A stretch of DNA of 64,000 bases. Origin: Sphaerodactylus townsendi (Eukaryota). The DNA lies in assembly GCF_021028975.2 (NCBI RefSeq), contig NC_059425.1, forward strand, positions 27,156,001 through 27,220,000, written 5' to 3'. How positions within the stretch are numbered: position 1 is the first letter of the stretch; the number at the start of each line of letters is the position of its first letter. The notes beneath the pieces were generated by a model. It was not told the DNA's origin and did not search any database. It worked only from the letters and a program-made list of their open reading frames with translations. Of the stretch, positions 1 to 13,582 are shown piece after piece. Position numbers and translations under genes: made by a program.

Positions 1-970
1 GCTATGGGTCTCAGCAGGCTTCAGGTTTTCCTCAGCATTTTGAGCCCACACAACAGCACACTCCAGCTATATCTGGGTTAGCCTCAGAAGTAGTTGAGCT
101 GATGTGCTTGGCACGTGCTTTCTCCACCACTACCCAGAAGTAATCAAACAATCTCCTAGGGGTCTGGCAGGAGGGCTCCTTCTGAGTGGTGTGGCTTACT
201 GAAAGGAGAGGTACTGGAGCTCAGAAATCTGTGGATAGATGCCCCTTGATTCTAGATGTGTGTAGGCTGACTGTAGATACCTGGCAGTGGGTGGCTGGCT
301 TGGTTCTAAGAGGCTCTGACACTGCTTTGGGAATGGGACAAGATTCCCCCCTCCCACTGCACCTTAACAAGAGCTCATTTGGCGCTGAAACGGTTTCCTG
401 TTTCTCCTTTCCTGCTTCTTCCAAATATGCTTCTCCCACTCAGACTAAGCCTTTTGAGAAGCAAAGAGAACAACAGAGAAGGGAGCCAGCCCCCCCCCCC
501 CTAATCAGCTGTGTTTATAATAGCCTTAAGAGAGTCATAACTTTTTTTTTTGGCAAATTAGCTTTCCAGTTGTGGAAAAACACTTGCGGCAGGGCTTAAT
601 GGACTTTAGAAAGGATTTGTTTCTTTCCCTTGCAGTTGATCTCTCCTTTGCTTAAGAGGAAAGTGCTGGGGAAGAGGGTGGTCCCCTCTGAGCATGGACT
701 GCCTGTATGTTTCTGAGTTCCTGGCAGTTTCCAGATTTGGGACATGCTGCTAGTTTTTCAGTAGTGGTCCAATTTGGGTTTCTGAGCTGGTAGTAGAGGT
801 GTATTGCTTGTCCCTGTCCCAAGAGGATGTGTACCTTCTGTGTTGGGGGTCCAAGCAACGGGTCCCCAGGTAATTTTTATCTTGAGTGCAGGGAAATAAC
901 TGGAGATATAGGGAGCGTGAGTCAGATGCAGAGCTGTTTTGGGCAGCTATGATGGATGCGTGATCATATA

Positions 971-1129
971 GGGCACTTTCGCACATGCAGAATAATGCAC
1001 TTCCAATCCACTTTCAGTGCACTTTGCTGCTGGATTTTACTGTGCGAAATAGCAAAATCCACTTGCAAACAATTGTGAAAGTGTATTGAAAGTGGCTTGA
1101 AATTATTCTACATGTGCCATAGAAAAGCC
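971..1129. mobile_element. Palindromic MITE (Harbinger-like); second copy at 22313-22454
   Basis: gcacatgcagaataat...attattctacatgtgc inverted arms; both copies share gaa(a)tagcaaaatccacttgcaaac. Confidence 0.75.
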
Positions 1130-1679
1130 GTATCCTGAGATCAGAGTACACTGTTGAAATAACTTTAGAATTGTGTAGACCGTTGAATATCCGCTCAGCA
1201 TTTTCCGTCTGTGGGCACAAGTCGTGTTTTTCCAAACTTCTTTCCAGAGGTCTGGAACCATTGTGTTATTTATTTATTTTTAAAGTAAACCATCTGTTTC
1301 CAATGTGTGTGGCTTTGTGGTATCCAGTTTGCTCTTTACAAGGAAGGAGCCAGAAGACACGGGGGAAAGGGGTTATGAAGTGGTAAACTAGGTACTGGTT
1401 ATAAGTATGTTGTTATATATAGTGGGTGGCAGTAAGAAAATACTGCGTGCCTCTAGAAAACTGAATGTTATTTTTGCCACCCTTTTGACAGGGGCTTGGG
1501 GTTTATGCAGTCATAGGAAACTACCACTTTTCATTAGCAGTTTTTGGTGGGTATCACATTTGGAAAGGTACCAGTGCGTTGTGGATGAGTTCTGTTGACA
1601 GAGAGGGGATGGAGATACCCTCTTGGCTGCTGGGGCTACTCAGCCTGTGTCTTTGTGTTTCCTTAACATTTCTTCCTGA

Positions 1680-1895
<216 letters not shown>

Positions 1896-2684
1896 TAATC
1901 TCAGCTAGAGATGCTGATGCTGATATTCAGTTAGGGTTAGAAGTTCTGATGCAAGATTGGAGTGCCTCTGTGCATGTGCTGGGTGCCTTTCATGGACTGA
2001 AACAAACTTTGCATCTCTGATTAGGAAAACTGTCTTGAAGGTTAGAGGGTGCACCTTCCTGGCAAGTCTGAGTCTCCATGGTCTTTCATTTTGGAATTTA
2101 AGCATCGTACATTTCACCTTGCTGTGCTGTGTGGTGCACAGATACAACACTGTATACACCAGTGTCATAGTCAGGTCCATGATGCAGGGGTGCTGGACCA
2201 GGACCCAGAAGATCTGGATGCATATCCCCACTCAATGAAATTTAATGGGTGAACCTAAGGCAAGTTCCTCTCAGTCTGGCTCACCTCATACTGTGGTTGT
2301 GAAGAGTAAACAGGGAAGGGAGAAACAGGTATCCTGCCCTGAACTCCTTGGAGGAAGGGTGGAGTAAAGATGTGTGAACTTGGACTGAGTTACTGGGCCT
2401 TTCTTGAGCTAGACCTTCAGATAGTGGCAGTGCTCTCTCACTGTAAATCTACAGTTCTCCAGGTAGTCATTGTCAGGATGACTGGTGAGTGTAGAAGAGC
2501 CAGCCAGCAAGATGAAGAGACACTGGAGAAGCAGAGGTGGAGAACTCACATGCAAGCTATTTGCAAAACTGGGATGGAGGTTGTTTCTGTGGCCCTATCT
2601 GTATAGATCTGGATCTGGGCAGGGAATAGTGGTGTTGCTTACCTCGACTCACCTGGCCATCGCAAATGTCTTCTTTTCCAGCAG

Positions 2685-2813
2685 CCAAGAAGGGCCCTGA
2701 TGGTCTGGCCTTGCCCAACAATTACTGCGATTTCTGCCTGGGAGACTCCAAGATCAATAAGAAAACAGGGCAACCGGAGGAGCTGGTTTCATGTTCTGAC
2801 TGCGGGCGATCAG
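2685..2813 (+). CDS. DPF2: DPF2 coding exon, start of PHD1
   Basis: [42 protein letters not shown]; acceptor ttccagcag (NAGNAG, alternative start 2682); donor G|gtgcgt. Confidence 0.96.
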
Positions 2814-3252
2814 GTGCGTGGGTGCAGAGTGGAGGAAACCAGATCCTGAACGAGGTGGCACTATTCTGCCTTTGGTTTTTCTTTGTGAAATATTGCCCTC
2901 ATCACCTGTCTCTTTGGGTTGGCGATTGTGAGGATTACTTCTGAATTTTCCCTTTTCGATGGATCTGCCTATTTGGGAATATGCCGTACGAAACAAAAAA
3001 GTCTTCACCTGCTGGTGAAAGATACCAATAGGAGGCAGATGAATCTCCATGGGGAGGGAATTCCATGTTTTTGGGGCCACAATGGAGAAGGCCCTTTCTC
3101 AAGTCGCCATGCATCTATCCTCAAATGGTGGTGGTGACTGAAACAGAGCCTCTGAGGATGACAGAAGTGAGACTGCTGTAAGGATAAAATGGGCTAATCC
3201 TCAGCAGAGTATTCTGTCCTGATCTCCTTTGAGGCAGGATGGGGGGGTATAA

Positions 3253-3621
<369 letters not shown>

Positions 3622-3786
3622 TAGACGGGGTGGATCTTGTTCCTTGTCTTCTTTGTGGCACAGCATTTCTTTTGTTGCCTCTTCCTCCTTCCAGCCATCA
3701 AGCTGTCTCTCTTCCCTTTTCATTCCCTCTTTAATTTTGGCTTCTTCAAGCTTTCATTGCAACATGGCCAGTATCATGAGGGTTCA

Positions 3787-4098
3787 AGCCAACAAGTTGT
3801 AGTGGATGGGAGCAGGTGGACTCTAATCTGTAGAACCAGGTTTGATTCCCTACTCCTTCACACAAGCAGCAGACTCTTATCTGGTGAATCAGATTTGTTT
3901 CCTCACTCCTACATTTCTGCTGGGTGACTCTGGGTTAATTACAGTTCTTTCTGAACTCTCTCAGCCTTTCCTACCTCACAAGGTATCTATTGAGGGAATT
4001 GGAAGGGAAAGGAGTTTGTAAGCCACCTTGAGTCTCCTTACAGGAGAGAGAGGGAGGGAGAGTATAAATCCAAACACCTCTTCTTCTGCTTCTTCTTC
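3787..4098 (+). mobile_element. Squam3-type tRNA/L2-tail SINE with duplicated head
   Basis: tgtagtgg...ggactctaatctg..gaaccaggtttgattccc with the box-B segment repeated; (CTT)n tail; other copies at ~11293-11840, 23682-24014(-), 24278-24575, 35005-35303(-), 40574-40882 and 53517-53838(-). Confidence 0.8.
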
Positions 4099-4808
4099 AA
4101 TATCCTTCCCCCAATTCCCACATAATTGAACTTTGGTCTCCCCAAAATTAAAGATAGGAAAGTCTCACTTTCACTTGTGTTGAATGTAGCTTGCAAAGAT
4201 TTTCAAACTGTTTGAGGATTCAAGGAACTAACCCCCTCCCCATATGACAAATATGATGAATTGCAGTTGTGGGGGCATGATACTTAGAGATCTGGGAGCA
4301 GTTTAGACCTGGCAAGCATATCCTTTCTACTATTGTGTTCATTTGTGCTGAGCTTCGTTTGTTCAGTTTCTGATGGTTCACTGGCCCTTTCTTGGGCAGT
4401 CGAGATGATTTGGGCTAAGAGAGCCACTCTGCTGGGTCCTTGAGTACAAACAGTTGGCTAGTAGCATCTTTTTTATTCTGTACAGTGGAATGAAAAGGTG
4501 TCAGTTTCTGTTCAGCTCCAGGCAAAGAAAAAGAAAGTTATTCATATTTTTTAAAAAAATAGTCTTGGGAGGGGTGTGAATTGGCCCTCACCCACTTCGG
4601 CGCAGAGATCATCAAACTTGGTTTGTGCCTTTTAACTTTAAAGGAGGGTTGACCATCACAGGATGCTGAATTTTGCCTGAGATCATAGAGCTGGAAGAGA
4701 TCGCAAGGGCCATCAAGTCCACCCCTCTGCCATGTAGAAATACATTTGAAGAGGATTAATGATAAAGGGGATTAATGCACATTTTCTATTGTATCTTCCT
4801 CCCTCCAG

Positions 4809-4890
4809 GACCAGCTACTGTTCTGTGACGATTGTGATCGTGGCTATCACATGTATTGCCTAACCCCACCCATGTCAGAGCCTCCTGAAG
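4809..4890 (+). CDS. DPF2: DPF2 coding exon, PHD2
   Basis: [27 protein letters not shown]; ccctccag| acceptor and G|gtgagt donor. Confidence 0.97.
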
Positions 4891-6289
4891 GTGAGTGTTG
4901 TTGTCCCCCTCCCCCCTCCGTCTTGTTCCTGAATGGTAACTGTCCTTTTATGTACCAATACTGAAGGATTTTCATTCTCAATCAGATTGGAACATTTCCC
5001 CCAGGCTTTCAATCTTGCTTTGTGAAGGTGCAATTAGGAGATCACATTAAGTACCAGATGCTGGCTGTACCTGGCAGCAGGTGGACTGCTGACTCACTTC
5101 CTGCATACCTGCTGACTTAGGGTTTTAAAAGGATGTTTCTAGCAATAGACTTGAGGCCAGAGGTTGTAGGGTAGTTCTGTGTTGGGTTAATCTAAAATTG
5201 TCTGTTAATTTTCACAGTTGGATCACAGTTCAATCTTTTTGTTGTTGTTTTTTGCTGGACTGGAGGGTTTTTCTTTCTGTAACGGCTCTGCTTCAGTCCT
5301 GCCAGCGACTTCTACATTGCATAACTTCCATTAAAACCTCGAAATGAAGGCCTGCCACAATGGCAGAGCACTCATTTCGCATGCACAAGGCCCCTGGTTC
5401 AAGCAACATGTTCTTCTTTTCCAAAGAACTCCAGCTGAGAGAAAGCATTCTGTGTCCCAAGAGCTGCTGCCAGTCCGAAGAGGTAGAATTGATCTAGGCT
5501 TGGAATAAAAGCGCTTGCGTAACTTTCACATGCCTGAGCAACTATGTAATCATCTGTGTGCTACTGGCGACCTTAACCAGGCTGTTCCATCATTAAATAG
5601 TAATGACATGAGTGCATGACCTTGCGTGGCTGCCCCCGGCCCCGGAGTGTCCTTCTGGAGGCTCGCAACAGTGGGCACCTGAGCATTTTCAGAATTTGTC
5701 GCAGGACTTCCATGTTTGGTTATTAATAGCTAAGGTTAAGTCAGTCTGGCGTTAACGTTTTATTTTTACTGCACAACGTCTTAAGCCGTAGCAATGTGCT
5801 CTTGAGTGGATAGATCTATAAATAAATCCTGCTGTGCACGGGAGAATGCCTGAGTGGACCTGTACTACTTCTGAGGAACTCAGAGCCATGTATACAAGAT
5901 CCTGTCACTTTATCTTTCCATGAGACTGAAACTTGGTAACGAATCCAAACTCTGCAGTCTGTGTACTACACTACACTGGGTGTCAGGATGAAAAGCTCAC
6001 ATGGCATCCCATACTCCGGTGCTATAGGAGTGTGGTGTAGATGGTTGGACTAGAACCCTGTCTCAAATTTCCACCCTGCCATGGAAGCTTACTAGATGAC
6101 TTTGGTCCAGTCATACACACTCAGCCTTAACCTACCTCACAGTTTGTTGTGAGGGTTAAATGCAGGAGAAGGGAATAATGTAAGCTGCTTTGAATCCCTG
6201 TCACGGAGAAAGATGGGGTATAAATGAAGTAGACAAACGACTGGCATTCTTGACTGACTGCTTCTTTCCAGAAAACAGCTGCATTTTAG

Positions 6290-6442
<153 letters not shown>

Positions 6443-9400
6443 TGGGTGTCGGAACAGCAGAGAAGAAAGGGGGCTCCGAAGAGGAACCTTTGGCTGTTTG
6501 CTGCATTACAGGGGCTCTTTTTCCTTTCATGGTTTACTCTTTCTTCTACCACCCTTTTGCTCTTGGTCGGCGTCTCCTGCACCAGTTGGATCGGGCCCCT
6601 CACTGGCTCTCGCTGTTGTTCTCTCCACCGTGGTTTGAACCTCACTCGCTTAGCAGTTGCCCTGGGGAGTGAAGGGTCTTACCCCCTGTCCTCCTGAGAC
6701 CTCTGCCCACCTGGAGGTTTCAGGCACATGCCCTGAGGCGACGCAGGGAGCGATCCCGGTTCTCATCCCTGGCTGAGGATCATCATATCTGCAGCTTTAA
6801 TGCTAGGAGGAAAGCTTCTTAAAGTGACCTGGACAGGAAGCCGTGCTTCGCTTGCTGGCAGAAGGGAAGGACCGCCTCCTCACCTCACTAACATTGTGCT
6901 ATTGAATTGAGAGTTGATCCCTAGGCATCTGCCTCTGCAGGTCAGGAAGGCAAGTGGAAAAGGAGAGTGCTTTGAATGCGCTTTCCCCCTTTTCTCTGCT
7001 TTTTCTTTTCCTGCATTCGAACACAACCCATTTGCCTGGAAAAACCTACAGGGAGAAGAAGTTGCCAGCCCTTTTGTCATCTGTTCTCCCACTTCCTGAA
7101 AGAAGTGGTATTATTGCTGGTGTAACGCAAGAGGAACAGGATGCCCAGTCAAGAGCCGCCTGCTAGGCCGTGAAACCAGCAGAGGTTCCCGACTTGGCTC
7201 AGGCAGGTGTGGCTCCATCTACCTATCTGGAGAAGATCTCCTTAGGTTTACTCCTGACTTAGTGGAGATCGGAGGTTGCCCAAAGAATCCCTGTTGAAGC
7301 AAAATCATGTTCATGTTTCTAACAAACATGTAGGATTGTGTGTTTGACTCAGGGCTGTCTTCTGGTGTAGTGGGATCGGAGGGAAGCCCCCCTTTTCCTT
7401 GGAGCAGAGAAATGGTCTCTGGGCTTTCCTCACTCCACCTCAGCAAGCCCCAGATGCATGGGATGTTGATCACAGCCCCAAGCAGGCATATTTGTGTAGC
7501 AGTGGATTTTAGTACATTTTAATCCTTGGGGTGTCTTTCCGGTGTCTCGCCAGCATGATAGATCTCCCACATGCACACCCCATTCTTCTGGTTTTGGGAC
7601 TGTCTGCTGGACAGTCAGTTCGTTGTTTGGCTGGTAAAAGCAAAGGACTTCTTGGGCTGGTAGCTCATTGCCTCGAGGAGTGGGGCTTGTTTAACGGAGC
7701 TCAGCCCTTCAGCTTAACAGCGGATGCCTGCAGTGTTCGTCCCAAGACCGTCCACCGCCCCCCGATGCGTTGCGTGCCTCTCTGGGAGTGTGGGCTGCAA
7801 GTGTCGGGCTGCCTGCCGGGGTTCCCCTTTTGTCTAAGCCTTACTTGACGTCTGTTTGCCACATCCTGGTTCCCCCACATTGTACATGCGTGGTGTCTTC
7901 TTTCAACCCATGCTGCTTTTCGCTAAGAACCCAGTGGGGGTTTGTGTGCTGTCTGGCCTGCCAGACCTGATGTTTGGAAGCATCTTTCTGGGAGCGAAAC
8001 TGTCTCGCTTCTGTCACCCTCTTTGCCTTTTGTGTCCCTTCCTGGGAGGAATCAATCCCATAAGTGACATTTCCGAAGCTCTTCTCGAAGCCCCAGCATT
8101 ATCATTGGCTCTGTTAATGGGAGTTTTCTCCGTTCAACCTGGGTTGTGGTAGAGAGCAGAGGAAGGGAGCGCCTCTGAAACCGGGTGGTGTGTAATAGTG
8201 TACTAACACATGTGCCTGTTTTTTTTCTAAAATTGACTTCAAACCTACCTCCAAAGCCCCCTTTTGCATTTTCCCATGTGCTCTCAAAAAGCGTTTGAAT
8301 CCTTCTCTGCCCACAGTCTCCATTTTCCTGCAGAAGGCAGCGTGGGATGGCTCAGGGCTGTATGTCAAAGTGGGAGGGGGTGGTGATTTTGCCTCACTGG
8401 GCCGTGAGTGCAAATCTAGCCTGCAGTGGGTTTGGCTTCACATGAAAGCCCAACTTGCTACCCTGCCGGTTAGGTTGGTGTCTGACCGGACAAGATTTGG
8501 CCTCTTAGGGATAGCTGTGTGGGAAAGGGGTAAACGGAACGAAAGCTTGTTAGCCCTCCTACCCTGGTTGCTGTGCAGGGTCTTCTTCTTCAGGTGGGTT
8601 AGAGGCTTTCAGGTTTATAAGGCCCTGCGAACTCAGAGTTTATGTGAAACGTGAAGAAGGACCTCTCTGTTGGTGTCATTGTGCACTTACGCTCCTAGAT
8701 CCCCTCAGGGCCCCACCTCCCACAGAGAAGCATCACCCCCCCACCTCCTCCCACACACTTTCCTAAATCTTGCACTTTTTTTCTCCCTTAATTGGGTGGG
8801 GGAGGGAGGGCGGATTGGGGGGGCGGTGGAGGGGGAGGGTTTTGGCCGTTAAGAATCTCGGCTAAGTCGCATTGGGGAAATTGCTGTCCCAATCCTAGCT
8901 GGGGCACGTCTTCGCTCAAAGCATCACACACCGTGTCTTAAATTCACTACCGTAATAAAACACCAAAATGGCTTGTTTTCAGACCTCTGTTTTATTGTAG
9001 TTTCTCGTCTTTTGGGTGGGTGGTAGTGGAGTAATAGGTTGTGGGTGGGGGCAAGTTGTTGTTGTTGTTTTTTAAAAAGCTATGTGAAACCCCCACTGCA
9101 TTGTGGGAATTCCATGCTCAGGTCAATTCTGTCGTTGTGGGGGAGGGACGGAATAGAAAAGCGTAGCCTGGATTCATACATTGGTCGTCTTCAATGCTTT
9201 TGTATTCTGAGGTGAGAAGGAAGAAGGGGCGCCCGCCTCTGTTTCTCTTCCCTGCGTTGCTTCTGTTCCTTGGGCATTTGCAAAAAGACTTCCGGCTTCT
9301 TTTTAAATGCATCCAAGGGCTGGAAGGTAGGCTACAATACCTCAACACTGTGCTTTTGTGGTGTCCCTAAGTCGGTTCTGTAGAGTCCCTTGCGCGCCTG

Positions 9401-9680
9401 GGCTGCCCTTCCTTCTCCCTGCTTCCGCTCCCCATCCATCCTGTCTCCAGCTTAGCATTGAGTTGGTGGCTGTGTTTCTTCTTGTCCCCAAATGTTGCAG
9501 ATGATTTTGTGTGGGAATTCGTTTTCTGTTGTTGCTCTTTTGCTTTTTAATTCTCTTGAGAGTCGCCCACCCGCCATTTTTTTTTTAATTAGCAGGTTAA
9601 GTTGAAGTGTATTTGGCTCTTTTATTTTAAGGTACTGTAATAGGCATTAGTGAATAAATATCATTTTTACACAGGTGGTG
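6443..9680 (+). other. DPF2: DPF2 3' UTR with two candidate poly(A) signals
   Basis: No recognisable TEs until ~9715; AATAAA at 8954-8959 and 9653-9658, each followed by GU/U-rich sequence. Confidence 0.65.
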
Positions 9681-9899
9681 TCTCTTATTTATCTCCCAAC
9701 GATTCAGTGCTGTGGCTCGCACCCAGAAGTTAAGCTGGGCCAGCTTTGGCCAGAATTTGCACGGAAGGCCTCCAAGAAATACCAGGGTCATGACGTGGAG
9801 GCAGGCAACGGCAAACCACCTCTATTACTCCCTTGCCTTGAAAACTCCACCAGGGGTTGCCACAAGTCAGATATGACTTGACAGTAAAAAAAAATGTCA

Positions 9900-10460
9900 C
9901 CTGAGATCATCTTTTCTTGTCCAGGCCCCTTTCCAGTTGTACTTCTCTGGTAAATGACTCAGGGTATACTGGGGTTCATTCGTCTTTCTCTTTTAGCATT
10001 CTTAACCATAGGATCACATCTAGTAATTTTCTAAGTTTACTGAAATCAGCTTTCTTAAAGTCTAGAATGCATGGCTGACTATGCTTGGCATACCCTTTCC
10101 AGTGTATAACAAATTGCAGGAGAACTTGGTCACTCCCACCTAAGGATCCTACCACTTTCACCCCATTAACCACGTCATTGTTGGTTCGGAGCAGCTGTAA
10201 AAATAGCCAGTCCCCTTGTTGCCTTTTCCACCTTCTGGACCATGAAATTGTCTGCAAGGCCATTGAGGAATTTGTTGGACCCATCCCTGCCAGCTTCCTG
10301 ATACTTGTTTATCTGACACAAATTACCTTTATTCAAAAGTTTTGGAACAGCACAAGATCCAATTGCCCTGCAGCACTTCCCTGAAGATCTACCTTTGGGA
10401 TGATACAAAATTAACACCAGCTGGGGATCTATGTTTAACCAATAGAGTTTCCAGCCCAAA
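9900..10460 (-). mobile_element. Old CR1 ORF2 fragment (endonuclease/tether region)
   Basis: Frameshifted FLNGLADNFMVQKVEKATRG, GSLGGSD and ILDFKKADFSKLRKLL segments. Confidence 0.8.
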
Positions 10461-10802
10461 TGTAACCAACGGTCTTGTCCATTAGTATATTATGGAAACC
10501 AATACTTTGTTGAACTCAAGATGCTCCACGTGCTACCAAGCTACTTTTCCGTCAAAAAAAAAAAGACATAAAATTGGTCTTCTATTACTTGTTTTAGTAT
10601 CCTCTCTTTCACTAAGGTCCTTTTCCATTTCCTTTTCATATGCTGTTAACTCCTGTGTTGCAGGCAGAAATTCAGCTGCATCGCCTAGGTGCAGAAATTG
10701 AGGGGAGAGGGGCTTTTTCCTTGCCGAATGTTCCCTGTGAAGGCACACTGCTTTGTTATCATAAAAAGGGAAAGTTGGTAACTTGTGCCTTAACTTGTAA
10801 GA

Positions 10803-11000
10803 TCCAGGTTAGCCTGATTTTGTCAGATCTGGGAAGCTAAGCAGGGTCAGTCCTGTTTATTATCTGGATGGGAGACTACCAAGGAAGTCCGGGGTTGCTG
10901 CATGGAGGCAGGCAATAGCAAATCACCTCTGTATGTCCCTGGCCTTGAAAACTCTATGGGGTTGCCATAAGTCAGCTGTGAGTTTATGACTTTCCACCAC
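10803..11000 (+). mobile_element. 5S rRNA-derived SINE with RTE/Sauria-like tail
   Basis: gtcagatctgggaagctaagcagggtcag...ggatgggagactaccaaggaa matches the 5S internal control region, then gaggcaggcaatagcaaatcacctctg; other copies at ~9718, 11082, 17205(-), 17604, 34663, 35316, 36735(-) and 50710. Confidence 0.82.
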
Positions 11001-11506
11001 AGGGTAATGTATGAGCATGGACTTTTTGACACCATCAAAATGTGTTTGACACCATCAAAATGTCTCCCTGCCTGCCCTGGTGCCCTCACCTGGATGGGCT
11101 CTAAGCTAACTTGGTCTTGTCAGATCTCGGAAGCTACACAGGATCAGTCTGCGGGGTTGCCACAAGTCAGCTGCAGCGTGACAGCACTTTCCAGCGTGAC
11201 AGCACTGAAATACCCAGCCCAGTACTGTTTTCCTGCTTCAAATATTTGGGGAGCTCTAAGTGTAAGAATAAGAACACCCCCACCCACTGCATCCCAGTAT
11301 GGTGTAGTGGCTAACAGCAGTGGACTCTTATCTGGTGAACTGGATTTGTTTTCTTGCTCCTCCACATGAAGCCAGCTGGATGACCTTGGGCTAATCACAG
11401 TTCTGTCTGAACTCTCAGTTCCACCTACTTCACAAGGTGTCTGTTGTGGGGAGAGGAAGGGAAAGGAATTTGTAAGCCACTTTGAGACTCCATATGGATG
11501 AGAAAA

Positions 11507-11790
11507 AAAGGTAAAGGTAAAGTTTCCCCTTCAGTTGTGTTGGACCCTGGGGTACCACTGCAAGCAGTGATTTCATAGGCAAGCCGTTTTTGTGGGGTAG
11601 TTTGCCACTGCTTTCCCTGGCTATTCTTTACCCCCTAGCTATGTGCTAGGTACTCATTTACCGACCAAGAAATGGATGGATGGCTGAGTTGACCCTGAGC
11701 CAGCTGCCAGGATATCTGACCCACAGAGGGCTCGAACTCCTGACGGTGTGAGTGGCAGTGCAAGCACTTAACCACTATGCCACGCGGCTC
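11507..11790 (-). mobile_element. Sauria SINE (Squam1) inserted in a Squam3 copy
   Basis: (ACCTTT)n tail, tRNA-like head GGAGCCGCGTGGCATAGTGGTTAAG, TSD-like atggatgagaaaaa on both sides. Confidence 0.8.
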
Positions 11791-11984
11791 CATATGATGG
11801 ATGAGAAAAATGGGTCATAAATCCAAATTCTTCTTTTCTTCAAGGCTCTATGTTCTCCTGTCCTTTTCTTCAAGGCTCTATGTTCTCCTGTCCAGCAACT
11901 TGCTGGGCCAGATTGGTCCTTGGCAGATTGGTTAGGGCGGTCATCTTGGGTGTGGGCGCTGTAGGTTCAAGCCCAGGTTCTGTC

Positions 11985-12180
11985 TCACAAGAAGGGGTTG
12001 CGGAGCATCTGCTTGGCGTGCTGAAGGATCCAGGTTCAATCCCCAGAATTGCCAGATAAAAGAGTCAGGTACTAAGTAAAAAATTGCTGCCGGAGACCCT
12101 GGAAAGCTGCTGCAAGCCAGAGTAGGCAATACTGACCCTGACAGATGAGTGGTCTGATTCAGCACGAGGCCGCTTCATCC
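11985..12180 (+). mobile_element. tRNA-derived SINE (Squam2-like)
   Basis: gagcatctgcttggcgtgctgaagg.tccaggttcaatcccc head and gagaccctgga.agctgctgc...ggtctgattcag tail; relatives at ~5355-5530, 18535-18680(-) and 63955-64000. Confidence 0.6.
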
Positions 12181-13582
12181 CCAGTTCAGTACAAGTGATC
12201 TTGGTCCTTTTAGCCTGGAAAGAATGAGTCTCGTCGATGCCTTTGACCAGGAATGGGAGTGTGTCTCAGTCGGCTGCGCGTGGAATGCATGGCATCATTT
12301 TTTGCAAAATCTATGAGGGCAGTTGCCAGAGCGTGGCATTTCATAGTTTCTGCAGGTCTTGCCTGCAGCCAGCAAGGGGCAGCAGAAGTCTGCTTAAGTT
12401 TTGGCCTGTTGATTTCTTGTGTTTACCTTTGCCATTTAAATAACACAGAAATTGCATTGATCTCAGGCACAATGTTAGTGGTTTGACACAACCAGGCAAA
12501 TCTCTAGTGCTCTCTAAGGAGAATGCTAAAGGAAGCAGTTATTGTTTCATTCCTCTGATGCAGCCGTTCCCAAAATTCTGTTAATTAAAAGCTCCCATGA
12601 GCCCCGAATAACTGTAGGAGGCTGCCTGCTGCATCTCTGCCTGATTATCACTCTGATGTTGCCTCTTTCCTATTAATTCCAACTCAGACCACATTATTAT
12701 TATTCAGTTACTTCTGAAACAGTGTGTGTTGTTTTAAGTGCTGGCAAATCACCTACAATTTATGGTGACCTGATTAACGTCCTCCAAGACATCCTATCGT
12801 TAACAGCCTTGCTCAGGTCTTGCAACCTGATGGCTGCGGTTTCCTAAGTGAGTTAATCTCATGCTGGGTCTTCCTGTTTTTCTGCTGCAACTTTTCCTAG
12901 CATTATTGTCATTTCTAGTTACTCTTGTCTTTTAGTGTAGCTGAAGTTGATCTAGAACTTGCTTATTTGTCTTTTTGACAGTCCACAGTATCCATAAAAC
13001 TCTCGTCTAACATCACATTTCACTTGAAACAGCACCGAAATAGAATTAACTTTCCTCAGAGGCTGCTCAGTGTATCTCTGCAAGAATCCCTGCACTGGCC
13101 TTCCCTCTTGCATATCCAGATCAGTGACTCATAAAGGGAGCAGCCAAGTCTTTCTTATTCTGACACAATTAAAAAACCGTTCTGTCTCTAATGTTGACTT
13201 AGAAAAACAACCGGGGTCAGCTGTTTGAAGTCTGAGATAGTGGTAGGTACAGGTGCTAATCTTTTATCAAATGGCGATTTACTAAGATAGTCAAATAGTG
13301 GCTTAGTCAGCTGGTGGGGAGGGACATCCCACCACTTGCTTTGTGGGGTTTTGGCTAATACTGCCAATGAGCAGGGGAAACCGGTCAGCCTATGCGGGGG
13401 TGGGGTATGTGTGTGTTTCTGCTGAACTATGTTTTCGAGGCAACTGTCACTCAAGCAATGAGGGAAGTTTTTGTTTTACCTGTATAACTATCACACTAAT
13501 CCTAGAAACCAGGCGCTGAACTCTGAGCTCTGTCAAAGCTTTAGGTCCCATCCACATGCCCACACTTTTAATTTCAAGCCTC

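Noticed and set aside
10803-10900. 5S rRNA gene
   Set aside because: Divergent, lacks a proper 5' end and terminator, and is fused to a SINE tail in many dispersed copies
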